From Acidobacteriota bacterium (GTDB lineage: Bacteria; Acidobacteriota; Thermoanaerobaculia; Gp7-AA8), in assembly GCA_019244185.1 (NCBI GenBank), contig JAFATB010000005.1, positions 112,684-176,683 on the forward strand: a DNA stretch of 64,000 nucleotides. The letters are read 5' to 3'. Each line of letters starts with the position of its first letter. Within the stretch, counting starts at the first letter, position 1. Below the pieces are notes generated by a model. That model was not told the origin of the DNA. It did no database searches and saw nothing but the letters and a program-made list of their open reading frames with translations. The position numbers and the translations under genes were made by a program. Below are positions 41,110 to 54,045 of the stretch, one piece after another.

Positions 41110-42729
41110 CTACCACTGCGCGAGCTGCAGCGGCCCGCCCTCCCACGCCGCCCGGAATGCCGCGCGTGTTCGCGCCACCGGCTTCTTCTGCGCGGCGAGC
41201 GATTCCGCGAGCCCGTACAGCGAGCGCGGATTCCTCGGATTGCGCCGGAGGTCGTCGCGGAACACGCGCTCCGCGCCTGCAGCATCGCCGCTGCGCAGCA
41301 GCGCGGCGCCGAGCGTCTCGCGTGTCGGATAGAACCAGTCCGCCGGCTCGTTGTAGTCGAGCGCATCTTCCGCTTCGACCGCGCGCCGATACGCGGCAAC
41401 CGCGGCCGCACGATCGCCGGACGACGCCGCGACCGCGCCGTCGAGCAATGCGCCCGCGACCGTCGCGAGTTTCTTCGGCGAGTTCTGCAGGAAGCCGACG
41501 TCGTCGCCGAGCTGCGCCGAAGCCGTCGCGAATGCCGCGCGCTCGCGCTCCGCGCCGGGGACGTTGCCGAGGTGCGCGTACGCGAGGCCGCGCGCAAAGT
41601 GGAGGAACGCCGTCGACAGCGGACCGGGCGCGGTCTCCGGCACCTTCAGGATGTCCGTCCAGCGTCCGAAGCGGATGAGCACCTTGAGCGTCGCCGACGC
41701 GAACGCCTCGACCGGCGGGATCTGCGCCGCGACCATCGTCGCGTTCGACGTCATCTCATCCGCCATCTTCTTCGCCTCGGCGAACTTGCCCGCCATCGCG
41801 TACGACGCCGCGCCGAAGTCGAGGTTGTGGTTGTAGTACATCGCCATGTACATGCTCTCGTTGCCGTACTTTTTGGCGAAGTCGCGGTCGCGGTCGGCGC
41901 CGTGCGCGTTCGCTTCTGCCGCGAGCGCGTAGTCGCCGGTGCGCTGGAAGATGTGCGCCGGCATGTGCACGAGATGTCCCGCCGCGGGCGCGAGCGTGCG
42001 CAAACGCTCGGCGCTCTTGCGCGCGCGCCCGGGATCGTTCGACGCCTCGACCGCGTGGATGTAGTAATGATTCGCGCCGACGTGGTTCGGCGCGCGGCGC
42101 AGCACGGACTCGAGCGTGCGCACGATCTCCTCGGTGTCCTCGTTCGGCGTGCCGTCGTGCGACCAGAGCTTCCACGGATGCAGATCCATGAGGCTCTCCG
42201 CGTAGAGCGTCGCGAGATCGAGATCGTCGGGATACTTCGCCACGAGCGCGCGCATCGCCGCGCTGTACTCGCGAGAGAGCTGCTTGAGGTCCGCGCCGGA
42301 ATCCGTCGAGTAGCGCTTCGCCAGCGCCGCGATCGTGTCGCGCTCTTTCTCCGATGCGTGCGACGCGTGCGCGAGCGCGGCCTGCACCGCGTCGTACGCC
42401 TGCTTCTCGCGCGCGGGATCGACGTCCATGTTGATGTTCGGACCGAGCGCGAGCGCCGCGCCCCAGTACGCCATGGCGAGATCGGGATCGAGCTCCGACG
42501 CGTGCTGGAACGACGCGACCGCCTGCTCGTGATTGAACGCGTAGACGTAGCGCAGTCCCTGATCGAACCACCGCTGCGCCTCGGCATTCGACGTCGTCAC
42601 CGGATGATGCAGCGTGCCGAGCCCGGCGTCGATCGCCGGCGGCGGCGCGTGGTGCTCCATCGAATGCTCCTGCGCCACCGCAGGAAGAGAAAGGAGAGCC
42701 GCGGCCACGAGAGCGGACGTGATGCGCAT
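41110..42729 (-). CDS. secreted TPR-repeat protein
   Basis: Signal peptide; AQRWFDQGL...FNH, HYYIHAVE, HLVHMPAHIF, YNEPADW. Confidence 0.85.
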   Translation of the reverse strand: MRITSALVAAALLSLPAVAQEHSMEHHAPPPAIDAGLGTLHHPVTTSNAEAQRWFDQGLRYVYAFNHEQAVASFQHASELDPDLAMAYWGAALALGPNINMDVDPAREKQAYDAVQAALAHASHASEKERDTIAALAKRYSTDSGADLKQLSREYSAAMRALVAKYPDDLDLATLYAESLMDLHPWKLWSHDGTPNEDTEEIVRTLESVLRRAPNHVGANHYYIHAVEASNDPGRARKSAERLRTLAPAAGHLVHMPAHIFQRTGDYALAAEANAHGADRDRDFAKKYGNESMYMAMYYNHNLDFGAASYAMAGKFAEAKKMADEMTSNATMVAAQIPPVEAFASATLKVLIRFGRWTDILKVPETAPGPLSTAFLHFARGLAYAHLGNVPGAERERAAFATASAQLGDDVGFLQNSPKKLATVAGALLDGAVAASSGDRAAAVAAYRRAVEAEDALDYNEPADWFYPTRETLGAALLRSGDAAGAERVFRDDLRRNPRNPRSLYGLAESLAAQKKPVARTRAAFRAAWEGGPLQLAQW

Positions 42730-42794
42730 GAAACGCCTCCTGTCGATGTGACGAGCATCATAAGCGGAGCCCGCTCGTTTGCTAGCATCGCGCG

Positions 42795-43235
42795 ATGCGC
42801 GTGCTTTCTGCCGTTCTCTTCTCGCTCGTTCTCGCCGCGTCCCTGCACGCCGCGACCGATCTCGTCACCGCCGCCGACATCGAGAAAGCCACCGGCCTCA
42901 CCGGCGTGCACAAGGTCGCGAAAGATCCGGCCAAGGGCGCGGGCGGCGAGCTGAATTTCGCGGGCAAAGACGAGAAACTCGTCGCCATCGTGATGATCTC
43001 GCCGTCGATGTTCGACTTCTGGAAGAAGAAATACGCGCCGAAATGCGAGAGCGTGAGCGGCATCGGCGACGAGGCCTACCGCACGAAGCGCAGCGCGACC
43101 ACGCAATACCTCTTCTTCCGCAAGGGAGCGAACGCCGTCTGGATCCAGTCGATGGGCTGGACGAAAGACTACGCGCCCGTGCCCGACGCGGCGCAGCTGA
43201 CGACGCTCGCGAAAGTTGCGGCGTCGCGCATGTAG
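42795..43235 (+). CDS. secreted hypothetical protein
   Basis: Signal peptide; VSGIGDEAY motif. Confidence 0.7.
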   Translation: MRVLSAVLFSLVLAASLHAATDLVTAADIEKATGLTGVHKVAKDPAKGAGGELNFAGKDEKLVAIVMISPSMFDFWKKKYAPKCESVSGIGDEAYRTKRSATTQYLFFRKGANAVWIQSMGWTKDYAPVPDAAQLTTLAKVAASRM

Positions 43236-44714
<1,479 letters not shown>

Positions 44715-44723
44715 CTCGCGCCG

Positions 44724-46886
44724 TTACTTGCGTACGGCGCGTCGCCGCGGCGGCGCAGGCGCCTGCGTCGACTTCCACGCGCGCAGCAACGCGCGCAGCG
44801 CCTCGGGCGCGTTCTGCGGCGGCGGCGCGCCGAGCTGGTCGTGCGTGTTGACGCCGTGGCACGCGCCGCAGACGCGCACCTCGCCCGGCTGGAACGTGAG
44901 CCAGTAGCGCTCGCGCACGACGGGCGTTCCCGCGGGATCCGTCAGTTGCCAGCTCATCGCACGATGCGCGGGCACGAACGCGGCGACGGAGCCGTCGGCG
45001 GCGACCTGCACGCTGCCCGCCGGTCCCGACGTCGGCGCGTTCTTCACCGCCGGATCGTGCATCGGCCGCGCGAGCACGCGGCGTCCCGCGCGCGGCGAGG
45101 CCGTGCCGCCGAGGCCGCGGAGTTGATCGGCCTGGAAGAGTTGAAGGTGCGCGACGTCGAAAATCTTCGACGTGCCGGTGATCTTCTGCGTCGCGCTTCC
45201 GGTGACGCGCAGGTTGTACGGCTGCTGCTTGTCGGCGAGGTCGCGCGCGGTGACGTTGCGGCTGACGATGACCGCGAGATCGTGTTGCGCGAGGCTGGCG
45301 CGGAACGCCGCGGGATCGACGCCTTCCTCGCGGAAGACGCGCGCCTCCGGCTCTTCGAGCGGCGTCGTGCGCCGCGCGGGCCGCGGACGCGCGCGCACTT
45401 CGACGGGGCTGAGCTCCCACATCGTGCCCGACCACGTCACGAGCTCGTCGGGATCCCAGTACGAAACGTTGCCCTGGATTCCCGACGTGAGCGTCTCGCC
45501 GGGAACGTACGTGCCGCCCTGCGCGGCGAGCGTGCGGATCCGGAACGCGTAACGCGACTGCGGCGCCGTGCGCGTGCCGTCGTTCGCGTCCGCGCGCATC
45601 TCGCTCGTCTGCACGGCGAGCAGCGTGCCGTCGGTGAGCGGCAGCGGTTCGCGGTAGTGTCCCGTCGCGTCGGCGGGCGGCGTGCCGTCCGCAAAGTCGC
45701 GCGTCGAGCGCGGCGTGATGTACTCGACCGCGATGCGATCGGCGGGCAGCGACGGCGGCGCGCTGAAGCGCACGATCTGTCCCGCCGCGTGCGTGTAGAA
45801 CTCCGGCGCGTCGACGCCGAAGTAGACGCCGGGATGCGCCGGGTCTTCGCGCAGCTGCAACAGGTTCTCGACGACGTTCGCGTTCGCGCGGTCGACGTTG
45901 ACGTCGTAGAACTCGGAGAGCCCCGCGTCGTTCATGCTGCGATCGAAGTACGAGAACAGCTCGTGGCGTCCGACGTGGTTCAGCGTCTCTTCCGACGTGC
46001 CGTCTTCGTTGATCTCCCACGGAAAGAAGTGGTTGATGCTGACGCCCTGCAGGTTCGTGCCGTTGAGCAGGTCCGTGCGGCTGCTGCGCGGCTCGGGAAA
46101 GACTTCGACGCGGTCATTGAGACGCGCGGCGTTCGCCGATTCGTCGGCGTAGTCGAACGTACCGTACGAGCCGCCTTCGACCGCGTCGCTGTCCGCCTGC
46201 TGGTCGCGCTGCAGATGGTCCCAGCGCGTGAAGACGATGCGTCCGAAGCTGTCGATGGACGGCGAGAAAAGGCCCGACGGCGCGTGATTCAGCATGCGCA
46301 GGTCGCCGGTCTCGGGATCAAGGCTCCAGAGTCCCGTGACCGTCGGCGCTTCCTCGTATTCATCGAGCTGCGGATAGAGATGCGCCTCGCCGCCGCGCGG
46401 TCGATCGGAGGTGAAGAGAATGCGATCGTCGGTGCCGTAAAACGGACTGACGTTGTTGTACTCGGCGGGCTGGTTCGCAATCTTATGAATCGCCGGCGTG
46501 TCGTGCTCGCCGAGTCCCGTGATCTCGTAGATCTGCCAGCGATACGTTTCCCAGACGTAGCGGCGCGTCGGTGCGCCGATGACCATGCTGAAGAGCGCCT
46601 TCGTGCCGCTCCAGTGCACCGACGGCTCGCGCACCGCGATCGACGTCGCGCCCTGCATGCCGTCGCCGCCGAACCCCGCCGCGCGCGTGAGGTTCTTCAG
46701 CGTTCCGTCGGGATAGCGGATCCACAGATCGCCGCCGCGCGGCGCCTCCGCCACCGCCGCGTTCTGATTCCCGAACGTCGACGCAACGGCCGTGAAGTCC
46801 CCAGGCACCGGCACCTGCGTCACGAACAGAATCGGATTGCGCAGCTGCACGGCAGCTACGACCGCGGCCAACAACAAAGCATGCAT
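44724..46886 (-). CDS. secreted hydrazine-synthase-alpha-like beta-propeller protein with heme c motif and PRRRAVRK tail
   Basis: TolB-like repeats (REPSVHWSG, DRILFTSDR, GRIVFTRWDH), DGSVAAFVPA...WLTFQPGEVRVCGACH (CxxCH). Confidence 0.7.
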   Translation of the reverse strand: MHALLLAAVVAAVQLRNPILFVTQVPVPGDFTAVASTFGNQNAAVAEAPRGGDLWIRYPDGTLKNLTRAAGFGGDGMQGATSIAVREPSVHWSGTKALFSMVIGAPTRRYVWETYRWQIYEITGLGEHDTPAIHKIANQPAEYNNVSPFYGTDDRILFTSDRPRGGEAHLYPQLDEYEEAPTVTGLWSLDPETGDLRMLNHAPSGLFSPSIDSFGRIVFTRWDHLQRDQQADSDAVEGGSYGTFDYADESANAARLNDRVEVFPEPRSSRTDLLNGTNLQGVSINHFFPWEINEDGTSEETLNHVGRHELFSYFDRSMNDAGLSEFYDVNVDRANANVVENLLQLREDPAHPGVYFGVDAPEFYTHAAGQIVRFSAPPSLPADRIAVEYITPRSTRDFADGTPPADATGHYREPLPLTDGTLLAVQTSEMRADANDGTRTAPQSRYAFRIRTLAAQGGTYVPGETLTSGIQGNVSYWDPDELVTWSGTMWELSPVEVRARPRPARRTTPLEEPEARVFREEGVDPAAFRASLAQHDLAVIVSRNVTARDLADKQQPYNLRVTGSATQKITGTSKIFDVAHLQLFQADQLRGLGGTASPRAGRRVLARPMHDPAVKNAPTSGPAGSVQVAADGSVAAFVPAHRAMSWQLTDPAGTPVVRERYWLTFQPGEVRVCGACHGVNTHDQLGAPPPQNAPEALRALLRAWKSTQAPAPPRRRAVRK

Positions 46887-46966
46887 ATGCGCGGCATTAT
46901 CGGGCGTGCCGTGCACGAACGGACGTGCGTTGGATCACGCGTCCAACGCACGTCCGAAGCAACCGC

Positions 46967-48496
46967 TCACTGCCCGCCCTGGAAGAGGGTCGCCAGTTTG
47001 TTGATCTGGAAGAGGAAGCCCGCGAAGATGCGGATGTCGTCGGGGCCGCGCCCCGCGTTGATGTGGAGCCCCACGTAAAACGGAATCGCATCCCCGCCGA
47101 AACCCGGGAACCTCGTGCCCGCGTCAACCACAATGCGATTCGCGTCCCGCTCGTTCGCAAACTGTTCGAAGCGCCCGTATGAGAGCTCGACAAAGCGGAG
47201 GGGCACGATGTTCTCGACATCGGTTTCCGCAGTTTCAGCTGCGGTCTGATGCTGCGTGAATCGGAAGCCGATCTGTGCTCGGTAAATCGTCGTATCGCCG
47301 TTGGCCTCCTGCTTCTGGCGCGTGGTGAGGCCCGTGCGCGTGAAGACGCCCAGGCGCAACGCATCTGTCGGCACGCCGGTCTTCATCGACGTCTGGGTGT
47401 AGCTCGACCAGCGTTCCGGCTGCCAGAGCATGAAGTAGGTCCCGGAGAACGCGTTCTCCAGGCCTTTCGGACTTTTGTCTGTCGTCGGCGCCGGATCGTC
47501 GGCAGATGCATGCGCCTTGCTCGCGGCGGTGCCAGGCGTCTTCGTCGCGTCGCCGAACGGGAAGCTCGATACTTCCATGTCGATGCCGGTGTGGAAAAGC
47601 GAACGACCGAGAGGGCGGCGGTCGAGAGGCTCTTTGCTGTTGTACCAGATGGTGTCGAACGTGGCGCGCACGAGCGGGTCCGTCTGATTGAATCCGGTGC
47701 TGTTGCCGTCCTGATCGTAGTCGTTGGTGAACGTGCCGCCCATGAAGAGTTCCGTATAGAGGCGCCGGCTGTGGAAGGTGTCGAACGTGCGGATCGCCGT
47801 CAGCTGAAACGTCTGTTCGTGCTGCGTGTTGAGCGCGCCGCTATCGTCGAGCGGCGTGACGAGGAGCTCGAGCTCCGTATCACTGCCGGTCTGCAGTGAA
47901 AACGGTGCGCGCCCGTTCGCGTCGGTCACGACGTCGACTCCGGCGTCGCTTCGCGCCGCTTTCGGATCGCTGAAGACGAAACCGTCCTTGTTGCCGAGGA
48001 TGCGGATGTGAAGTTTCTGAAATCCGGCGGGATCTCCGTTCTTTCCGGTGGCGACGACCGCGAGCAGATCGTTGCCGTAGATCCGCTGCGGCTGGAGGGC
48101 GCCGGTCTTCTGATCGAGCACGACTTTCGTGATGTGCCGCAGCGGAAAGACCTGCGTCAACGCGCCGTCTTTCGTCGAGACGGTGAGCACCACATCGGCC
48201 GTAGTCCCGAGCTTCATCGTGAAGTCGTTCGTGCCCGGTGCGAGCTCGAGGGACTGGGCGAAGGCCGCGCCGCCTTTCGGTCCGACCCCCGCATCGGGCG
48301 TCACCTGCAGGACGATGGGCTGCGCGGGCGGGGCGCCGGTATCGGTCTTCACCACGATGGCGAGATCGTGGTTCTGTCCCGTTTTGAGCGGGCCGTCCGC
48401 GCCCGTGAGCTCGATGGACTTGACCGTTTGCGCGCTGAGGCTCGAAGCCCACAGCACCGCTGCTGCGCCGATCAGGCGGATGGCTCGTGATTGCAT
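46967..48496 (-). CDS. secreted / outer-membrane hypothetical protein
   Basis: AAGGAG RBS, signal peptide, Ig-like N-half (TDANGRA), amphipathic beta-strand C-half. Confidence 0.7.
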   Translation of the reverse strand: MQSRAIRLIGAAAVLWASSLSAQTVKSIELTGADGPLKTGQNHDLAIVVKTDTGAPPAQPIVLQVTPDAGVGPKGGAAFAQSLELAPGTNDFTMKLGTTADVVLTVSTKDGALTQVFPLRHITKVVLDQKTGALQPQRIYGNDLLAVVATGKNGDPAGFQKLHIRILGNKDGFVFSDPKAARSDAGVDVVTDANGRAPFSLQTGSDTELELLVTPLDDSGALNTQHEQTFQLTAIRTFDTFHSRRLYTELFMGGTFTNDYDQDGNSTGFNQTDPLVRATFDTIWYNSKEPLDRRPLGRSLFHTGIDMEVSSFPFGDATKTPGTAASKAHASADDPAPTTDKSPKGLENAFSGTYFMLWQPERWSSYTQTSMKTGVPTDALRLGVFTRTGLTTRQKQEANGDTTIYRAQIGFRFTQHQTAAETAETDVENIVPLRFVELSYGRFEQFANERDANRIVVDAGTRFPGFGGDAIPFYVGLHINAGRGPDDIRIFAGFLFQINKLATLFQGGQ

Positions 48497-48599
48497 GGCA
48501 GTCTCTCCTTGCTCGGTGAGAGAGACTGGGGCGGCGAATTCCCTCGTGCGCTTGCGTGGCGGCGCTCAGCCGCGCGCCGAGGCGCGCCGGCTGCAGCGC

Positions 48600-49175
48600 C
48601 TACTTCGCCGTGAACGTCACGCTCGGGTGATCGTTCGCGCTGACGGTCACGATCTGCGGCTCCGGCTCTTTGCGCATCTCGGGATACCAGACGTGCAGGG
48701 TGTACTGGCCGGGCTCGAGTCCCGCGATCGAGGCGCGGCCGGCTTCGGTCTTCGCGAAATACGGCGTGTCCACCACCACGACGTAGGCGCTCATCTGCTC
48801 GTGGATGTTGCAGCCGAGGAAGACGACGCCGGGGGTGCCGAACTGCACCGGGTAGGCGGGCTTGCCGGCGTAGAGCGGCAGTTGGAAGCGCTTCGCGGGC
48901 GAGAGCGAGTAGACCTGGTGCCGCACGTTGTCGCTGTTCGGGAATTCCACCCAAGTGCCGGTCTGGATCGGCAGGACGTGCGGAATGAAGGTTCTATCCC
49001 GCTGATCCATCGACGCCACCTTGTGTCCGACCGGGATCGGATGCGGCGGAATCGCGTAGACCACCGCGTCGGACATCGCGGCGCCGCCGGCGTTCGAGAC
49101 CTGAACGTCGATCGTCGCGGCGGCGAGGGGAAGAGCGAGCAGGAGCGCGAGCACGGCCGTCACAGAACGGTGCAT
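48600..49175 (-). CDS. periplasmic cupredoxin-fold protein ('methylamine utilization protein'-like)
   Basis: MDQRDRTFIPHVL, FPNSDNVRHQVYS, GCNIHEQM, TPYFAKT. Confidence 0.8.
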   Translation of the reverse strand: MHRSVTAVLALLLALPLAAATIDVQVSNAGGAAMSDAVVYAIPPHPIPVGHKVASMDQRDRTFIPHVLPIQTGTWVEFPNSDNVRHQVYSLSPAKRFQLPLYAGKPAYPVQFGTPGVVFLGCNIHEQMSAYVVVVDTPYFAKTEAGRASIAGLEPGQYTLHVWYPEMRKEPEPQIVTVSANDHPSVTFTAK

Positions 49176-49215
49176 GCCGCTCGCAAACAGGAGCGCCGCG
49201 AGTATCCTTCCCCCG

Positions 49216-50316
49216 ATGCGTTCGGCTTCCGTTCCCGCCGCGGTGCTGCTCGCGCTCCTGCTCGTTCCCGTTTCCGCCGGCGCCGCGGACAGCGTGCAAT
49301 GGAACGGCTTCGCGCTCGTGCGCCCCGAGACGCCCGCGAGCGGCGTGCCGCTCGACGACGACTCCTTCTCCGCGCAACTGCAGGCCGGCATCGACTGGCG
49401 CCCCTCCCCCACGTTCGGCACCCATCTCCATCTCCTCGCGCGCAACGAGAGCGACGGCTCGCGCCGCGGCCGCGTCGGCATCGTCGAGGCGTTTTTAGAA
49501 CAAAACATCCAGACGCGCGGCGGACGCCTGCATCTGATGGAAGGCGCGTTCTTCCTCCCCACCTCGCGCGAGAACATCGACTCGCTCTGGGAGACGCCGT
49601 ACACGATCACCTCGTCCGCGCTGAACAGCTGGCTCGGCGAAGAGCTCCGTCCCGTCGGCGTCGACGCGTCGTACGCGCATCGCCTGCATCACGCCGGTCT
49701 GCTCAACGGCACCGTCATCGGCGGCGCGACGCTCTTCACCGGAAACGACACGTTCGGCGCGCTTCCCATCGATCGCGGCTGGGCCTTGCGCGATCACTGG
49801 GCGCTCCTCGGCGAGCACCTCCCCGTCAACGCCACGGGCACGCTCTTCACCTCCGTCTCCGCCGAAAACGATGACCGCCTCGGCTGGTCCGCGCGCGCGA
49901 AGTGGAACAACGACCACGCCACGCTGCAGCTCACGCACATCGACAACCGCTCCGATGCCTTGCGGTACGGAGAGCTCTTCAACTGGGCCACGCGCTACAA
50001 CATCGTCGGCGCCGACTACACGTGGCATCACTGGACCGCCGTCGGCGAGACCAGCTGGGGCACGACCGCGATCCAGCCCGCGCGCGGACGTTTCTCGTTC
50101 GACCTCCGCGCGAGCTACCTCCTGCTCTCGCGGCAGTTCTCCGACTTCCGCGCGAGCGTCCGCGCCGATCAGTACGAAAGCGGCGCCGATCACGGACACG
50201 CATTCACCGCCGCGTTCTTCTGGGAACCGCCGCACGGAAAGCTGCGCACCGGACTCGAAGGCATCACCGCGGACGGCGAGAAGCGCGCCGCGCTCGAATT
50301 CCGCTACCGGTTCTGA
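49216..50316 (+). CDS. putative outer-membrane beta-barrel protein
   Basis: Signal peptide; GAFFLPTSREN, SSALNSWLGEELRPVG; C-terminal YRF. Confidence 0.7.
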   Translation: MRSASVPAAVLLALLLVPVSAGAADSVQWNGFALVRPETPASGVPLDDDSFSAQLQAGIDWRPSPTFGTHLHLLARNESDGSRRGRVGIVEAFLEQNIQTRGGRLHLMEGAFFLPTSRENIDSLWETPYTITSSALNSWLGEELRPVGVDASYAHRLHHAGLLNGTVIGGATLFTGNDTFGALPIDRGWALRDHWALLGEHLPVNATGTLFTSVSAENDDRLGWSARAKWNNDHATLQLTHIDNRSDALRYGELFNWATRYNIVGADYTWHHWTAVGETSWGTTAIQPARGRFSFDLRASYLLLSRQFSDFRASVRADQYESGADHGHAFTAAFFWEPPHGKLRTGLEGITADGEKRAALEFRYRF

Positions 50317-52748
50317 GCGCGCCGGTTCTGACCGCGAGACGCCAGCACGCGCAGCACCGCCGCCGCGACCTCGTGCGGCTCGACCGGCTTCGCGAGATGC
50401 GCCTGGTATCCCGCCTCCAGCGCGCGCTCGCGATCGCGCGCGTCGGCGTACGCGGTCACGGCGACGGCGGGGATGCGCGCGTGCGCGTCGGACGTCGAAC
50501 CTCGCAAGTGTCGGATGAACGCGTAACCGTCTTCGTCCGGCATGCCGATGTCGCTCACGAGCACGTCGGGCCGCGCGTCGCCGAAGCGTTCCATTGCTTC
50601 CGCGGCGGACGCCGCGTGCGTCACGCGCGCGCCGAATGCGGCGAGCATCGTGGCGATGATCTCGCGCGCAGACGCGTCGTCATCCACGAGCAGCACGTGC
50701 ACGCCGTCGAGCGCATCGCCGTCGACCGCAACGTCATCGCCGCGCATCGACGGCAACGCCGCTTCCGCGAACGCGCGCGGCAATCGCACGACGAACAGCG
50801 CGCCGCGATTCGTCCCCTCGCTCGACGCGGCGACCGAGCCGCCATGACGCTCGACGAGATGCTGCACGATGGAGAGGCCGAGCCCGAGGCCGCCGAAGCG
50901 ACGTGTGAAGCCGCCGTCGCTCTGGCGGAAACGTTCGAAGACGTGCGGCAGGAACTCCGGCTCGATGCCGACGCCGCTGTCGCGCACGTCCACTTCGATC
51001 GCATCGGGCTCGTGCCGCAGCGTCACGTGCACGGCGCCGCCGGCGGGCGTGAACTTCACCGCGTTCGAGAGCAGATTCCAGACGACTTGCTGGAGACGCG
51101 TCGCGTCGCCGGTGACGAACGCGGGGATGCCGCCGAGGTCGGAGGTGAGGCGGATCGAGGCAGCGTGGGCGGCGGGCTGAATGACGTCGATCGCGTTGCG
51201 CACGACAGTCGTGAGATCGAGCAGCTTGCGGTCGAGCGTCATCTTGCCGGTGACGATGCGTGAGACATCGAGGAGATCGTCGATGAGGCGCGACTGCGTG
51301 CGGCTCGCCTGCTCGATGCTCTCGATGCCTTTCTTCGCCGTCGCCTCGTCGGCCATGCCGCTGCGGATGAACGTCGCCCAGCCGTAGATCGTCGTCATCG
51401 GTGTGCGCAGCTCGTGCGAGAGCAGCGCGAGGAAATGATCCTTCGTGCGGCTCGCCTCGTCCGCTTCCTCGCGCAGGCGGCGCTCGCGCGCGAGCAGCCC
51501 CTCGCGCTCGAGCTCGAGCGTCTTGCGGCGCGTGACGTCGATGGCGATACCGGCCATGCGCACGGGCGTGTCGCCGTCGAAGCTCACGCGTCCCTTGCCG
51601 TGGATCCAGCGCACGCTGCCGTCGGGTGCGAGCGTGCGGCATTCGATCTCGTAGTGGCCGGCGCGGCGTTCGAACGCGTCGCGCACGGTCGCTTCGACGC
51701 GCGCGCGATCGTCGGGATGCACCGTCGAGAGGTAGTCGGCGAAACCGAACGTCGTTCCCTGCGGCACGCCGTGCAGAAAGTGGGAGACCGCGGACCAGAC
51801 GATCTCGTCGCGGGCGATGTCCCAGTCCCAGTAGCCGACGCCCGCGCCTTCGCCGATGAACTGCATGCGCGCTTCGCTCTCGCGCAGCGCGGCGTTGACG
51901 CGCAGCTTCTCGACCGCGGTCCACGCGCGCTCGGCGATGGCGTGCATGAGCGCGACGTCCTGTTCGCTCCACTGCCGCGGCACGTCGTCGCTGACCCAGA
52001 ACTCGGCGACCCACCGCCCGTCGCGCAGGAGCGGCACGGCGACGTACGCGCGCTCGCCGACCGGCTCGTAGGTCTTCTCGTATTCGCGTTCGGTGCGCGG
52101 ATCGAGCTTCGCGTCGCGGTTGACGACGATGCGCCCTTCTTCCATCTCCCGCCGCGTCGACTCCGCGTAGTCGCTGATGCGATACACGCCGGCGACGCTC
52201 GGCACGCCGCGGCAGTAGTCGCGCCGCACGATGCCGCGGTCGTGCTCGTGATCGAGCTCGGTGAAGAGCGCGCGCCGCGCGAAGAGGTGCTCGCCGACCG
52301 CGCACGAGACGTCGTAGAGCAGCTCCGCCGGATCTTCTGCGACGCCGATGGCCTCGCTGACGCGCGCGATGAGCGCGAGCCGCGCTTCCGTGTCGCGCTG
52401 CGGCGTGAGATCGGCGAGGACGCCGCGCACGCGTACGAGCACGCCGGCGTCGTCGAACGTTCCGCGCGCGGCATCGCGCACCCAGTACGTGCGGTGGCCG
52501 GACAGCACGCGATATTCGCGCACGAGCTCGGGCTGTTCGGGACGCAGCTCGTCGAACGCCGCGCGCAACGCGTCGCGGTCGTCGGGATGAACGCGGGCGA
52601 AGAAACGGTCCGCGGTGTCGCCGAGCTCGCCGGCGATCGGCGTGCCGGTGCGGGTCACGCGGCCGGTGACCACGTCCCAGTCGTACGCGTGCATGCATCC
52701 GGCGGCGAGCGCCGTGCGCAGCAACGCGTGGAGCTCGGCGTCAGACAT
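50304..52748 (-). CDS. hybrid sensor histidine kinase (PAS-GAF-PAS-HisKA-HATPase-REC)
   Basis: VHPDDR PAS x2, [36 protein letters not shown]. Confidence 0.95.
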   Translation of the reverse strand: MSDAELHALLRTALAAGCMHAYDWDVVTGRVTRTGTPIAGELGDTADRFFARVHPDDRDALRAAFDELRPEQPELVREYRVLSGHRTYWVRDAARGTFDDAGVLVRVRGVLADLTPQRDTEARLALIARVSEAIGVAEDPAELLYDVSCAVGEHLFARRALFTELDHEHDRGIVRRDYCRGVPSVAGVYRISDYAESTRREMEEGRIVVNRDAKLDPRTEREYEKTYEPVGERAYVAVPLLRDGRWVAEFWVSDDVPRQWSEQDVALMHAIAERAWTAVEKLRVNAALRESEARMQFIGEGAGVGYWDWDIARDEIVWSAVSHFLHGVPQGTTFGFADYLSTVHPDDRARVEATVRDAFERRAGHYEIECRTLAPDGSVRWIHGKGRVSFDGDTPVRMAGIAIDVTRRKTLELEREGLLARERRLREEADEASRTKDHFLALLSHELRTPMTTIYGWATFIRSGMADEATAKKGIESIEQASRTQSRLIDDLLDVSRIVTGKMTLDRKLLDLTTVVRNAIDVIQPAAHAASIRLTSDLGGIPAFVTGDATRLQQVVWNLLSNAVKFTPAGGAVHVTLRHEPDAIEVDVRDSGVGIEPEFLPHVFERFRQSDGGFTRRFGGLGLGLSIVQHLVERHGGSVAASSEGTNRGALFVVRLPRAFAEAALPSMRGDDVAVDGDALDGVHVLLVDDDASAREIIATMLAAFGARVTHAASAAEAMERFGDARPDVLVSDIGMPDEDGYAFIRHLRGSTSDAHARIPAVAVTAYADARDRERALEAGYQAHLAKPVEPHEVAAAVLRVLASRGQNRRAQNR

Positions 52749-52843
52749 TTCCCGATCTTTATAGCAGAGCGCCGGAGTGGCAGGTTTTGCGCAGTGTGCA
52801 AACGCGCGCGCGGCCGAAGCTCGGGCGCCGCGAAGGAGAATAC

Positions 52844-54016
52844 GTGAAAGCACTCTGCTGGTATGGCCACGGCGACGTCCGTGTCGAAACCGTTTCCGAT
52901 CCGACGATCCAGGAGCCGACCGACGCGATCATCCGCATCACCTCGACCGCGATCTGCGGCTCCGATCTCCACCTCTACGATCACTACATGCTCACCATGC
53001 AGAAGGGCGACATCCTCGGACACGAGCCGATGGGCGTCGTCGTCGAGGTCGGCAGCGCGGTGAAGAAACTGAAGAAAGGCGACCGCGTCGTCATCCCCTT
53101 CACCATCGCCTGCGGCGAATGCTTCTTCTGCAAAAAAGGGCTGTGGTCGTGCTGCGACGTCTCGAACCCGAACAAGGAGATCGCCGAGAAAGCGATCGGC
53201 CATTCGCCGTCCGGCCTCTTCGGTTACTCGCACATGATGGGCGGCTTCCCCGGCGGCCAGGCCGAGTACCTGCGCGTGCCGTACGCCGACGTCGGTCCGT
53301 TCAAGGTGCCCGACAGTCTCACCGACGAGCAGGTGCTCTTTCTCTCCGACATCTTCCCCACCGGCTACATGGCCGCGGAGAACGCGGAGATCGAGGCAGG
53401 CGAGACGGTGGCGGTGTGGGGCTGCGGCCCGGTCGGGCAGTTCTCGATCAAGAGCGCGTGGATGCTCGGCGCGGGACGCGTCATCGCCATCGACAACGTG
53501 CCGGAGCGTCTGGCGATGGCGCGCGAGCACGGCAAGGCCGAGACGATCAACTTCGACGACGGCAGCGTCTACGATCGCCTGCAGGAGCTGACGAACGGCC
53601 GCGGTCCCGACCGCTGCATCGACGCCGTCGGCGCGGAGGCGCACGTCGGCGGCAGCATCGACTCGTACGTCGACAAGGCGAAGGCGATGGTCATGCTCGC
53701 CACGGATCGCGCGCATGCGCTGCGCGAGGCGATCTACTGCTGCCGCAAAGGCGGCACCGTCTCGATCCCCGGCGTCTATCTCGGATTCCCCGACAAGCTC
53801 CCGTTCGGCGCCGTCGTGAACAAGGCGCTCACGCTGAAGTCGGGCCAGACGCACGTGCACCGCTATCTCGCGCCGCTGCTCGCGCGCATCGAGAAGGGCG
53901 AGATCGATCCGTCGTTCGTCATCACGCACACCGTGCCGCTCGACGACGCGCCGAAGATGTACAAGACGTTCCGCGACAAGGAAGACGGCTGCATCAAGGT
54001 GGTGCTGAAGCCGTAG
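52844..54016 (+). CDS. zinc-dependent alcohol / glutathione-independent formaldehyde dehydrogenase family
   Basis: [34 protein letters not shown]; AAGGAG RBS, GTG start. Confidence 0.93.
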   Translation: MKALCWYGHGDVRVETVSDPTIQEPTDAIIRITSTAICGSDLHLYDHYMLTMQKGDILGHEPMGVVVEVGSAVKKLKKGDRVVIPFTIACGECFFCKKGLWSCCDVSNPNKEIAEKAIGHSPSGLFGYSHMMGGFPGGQAEYLRVPYADVGPFKVPDSLTDEQVLFLSDIFPTGYMAAENAEIEAGETVAVWGCGPVGQFSIKSAWMLGAGRVIAIDNVPERLAMAREHGKAETINFDDGSVYDRLQELTNGRGPDRCIDAVGAEAHVGGSIDSYVDKAKAMVMLATDRAHALREAIYCCRKGGTVSIPGVYLGFPDKLPFGAVVNKALTLKSGQTHVHRYLAPLLARIEKGEIDPSFVITHTVPLDDAPKMYKTFRDKEDGCIKVVLKP

Positions 54017-54045
54017 CGTTACCCGCGCTCGCTATCGCTGCGCGC

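Noticed and set aside
44724-46886. Anammox capability
   Set aside because: Only an alpha-like domain; no hzsB/C or hydrazine dehydrogenase in the window
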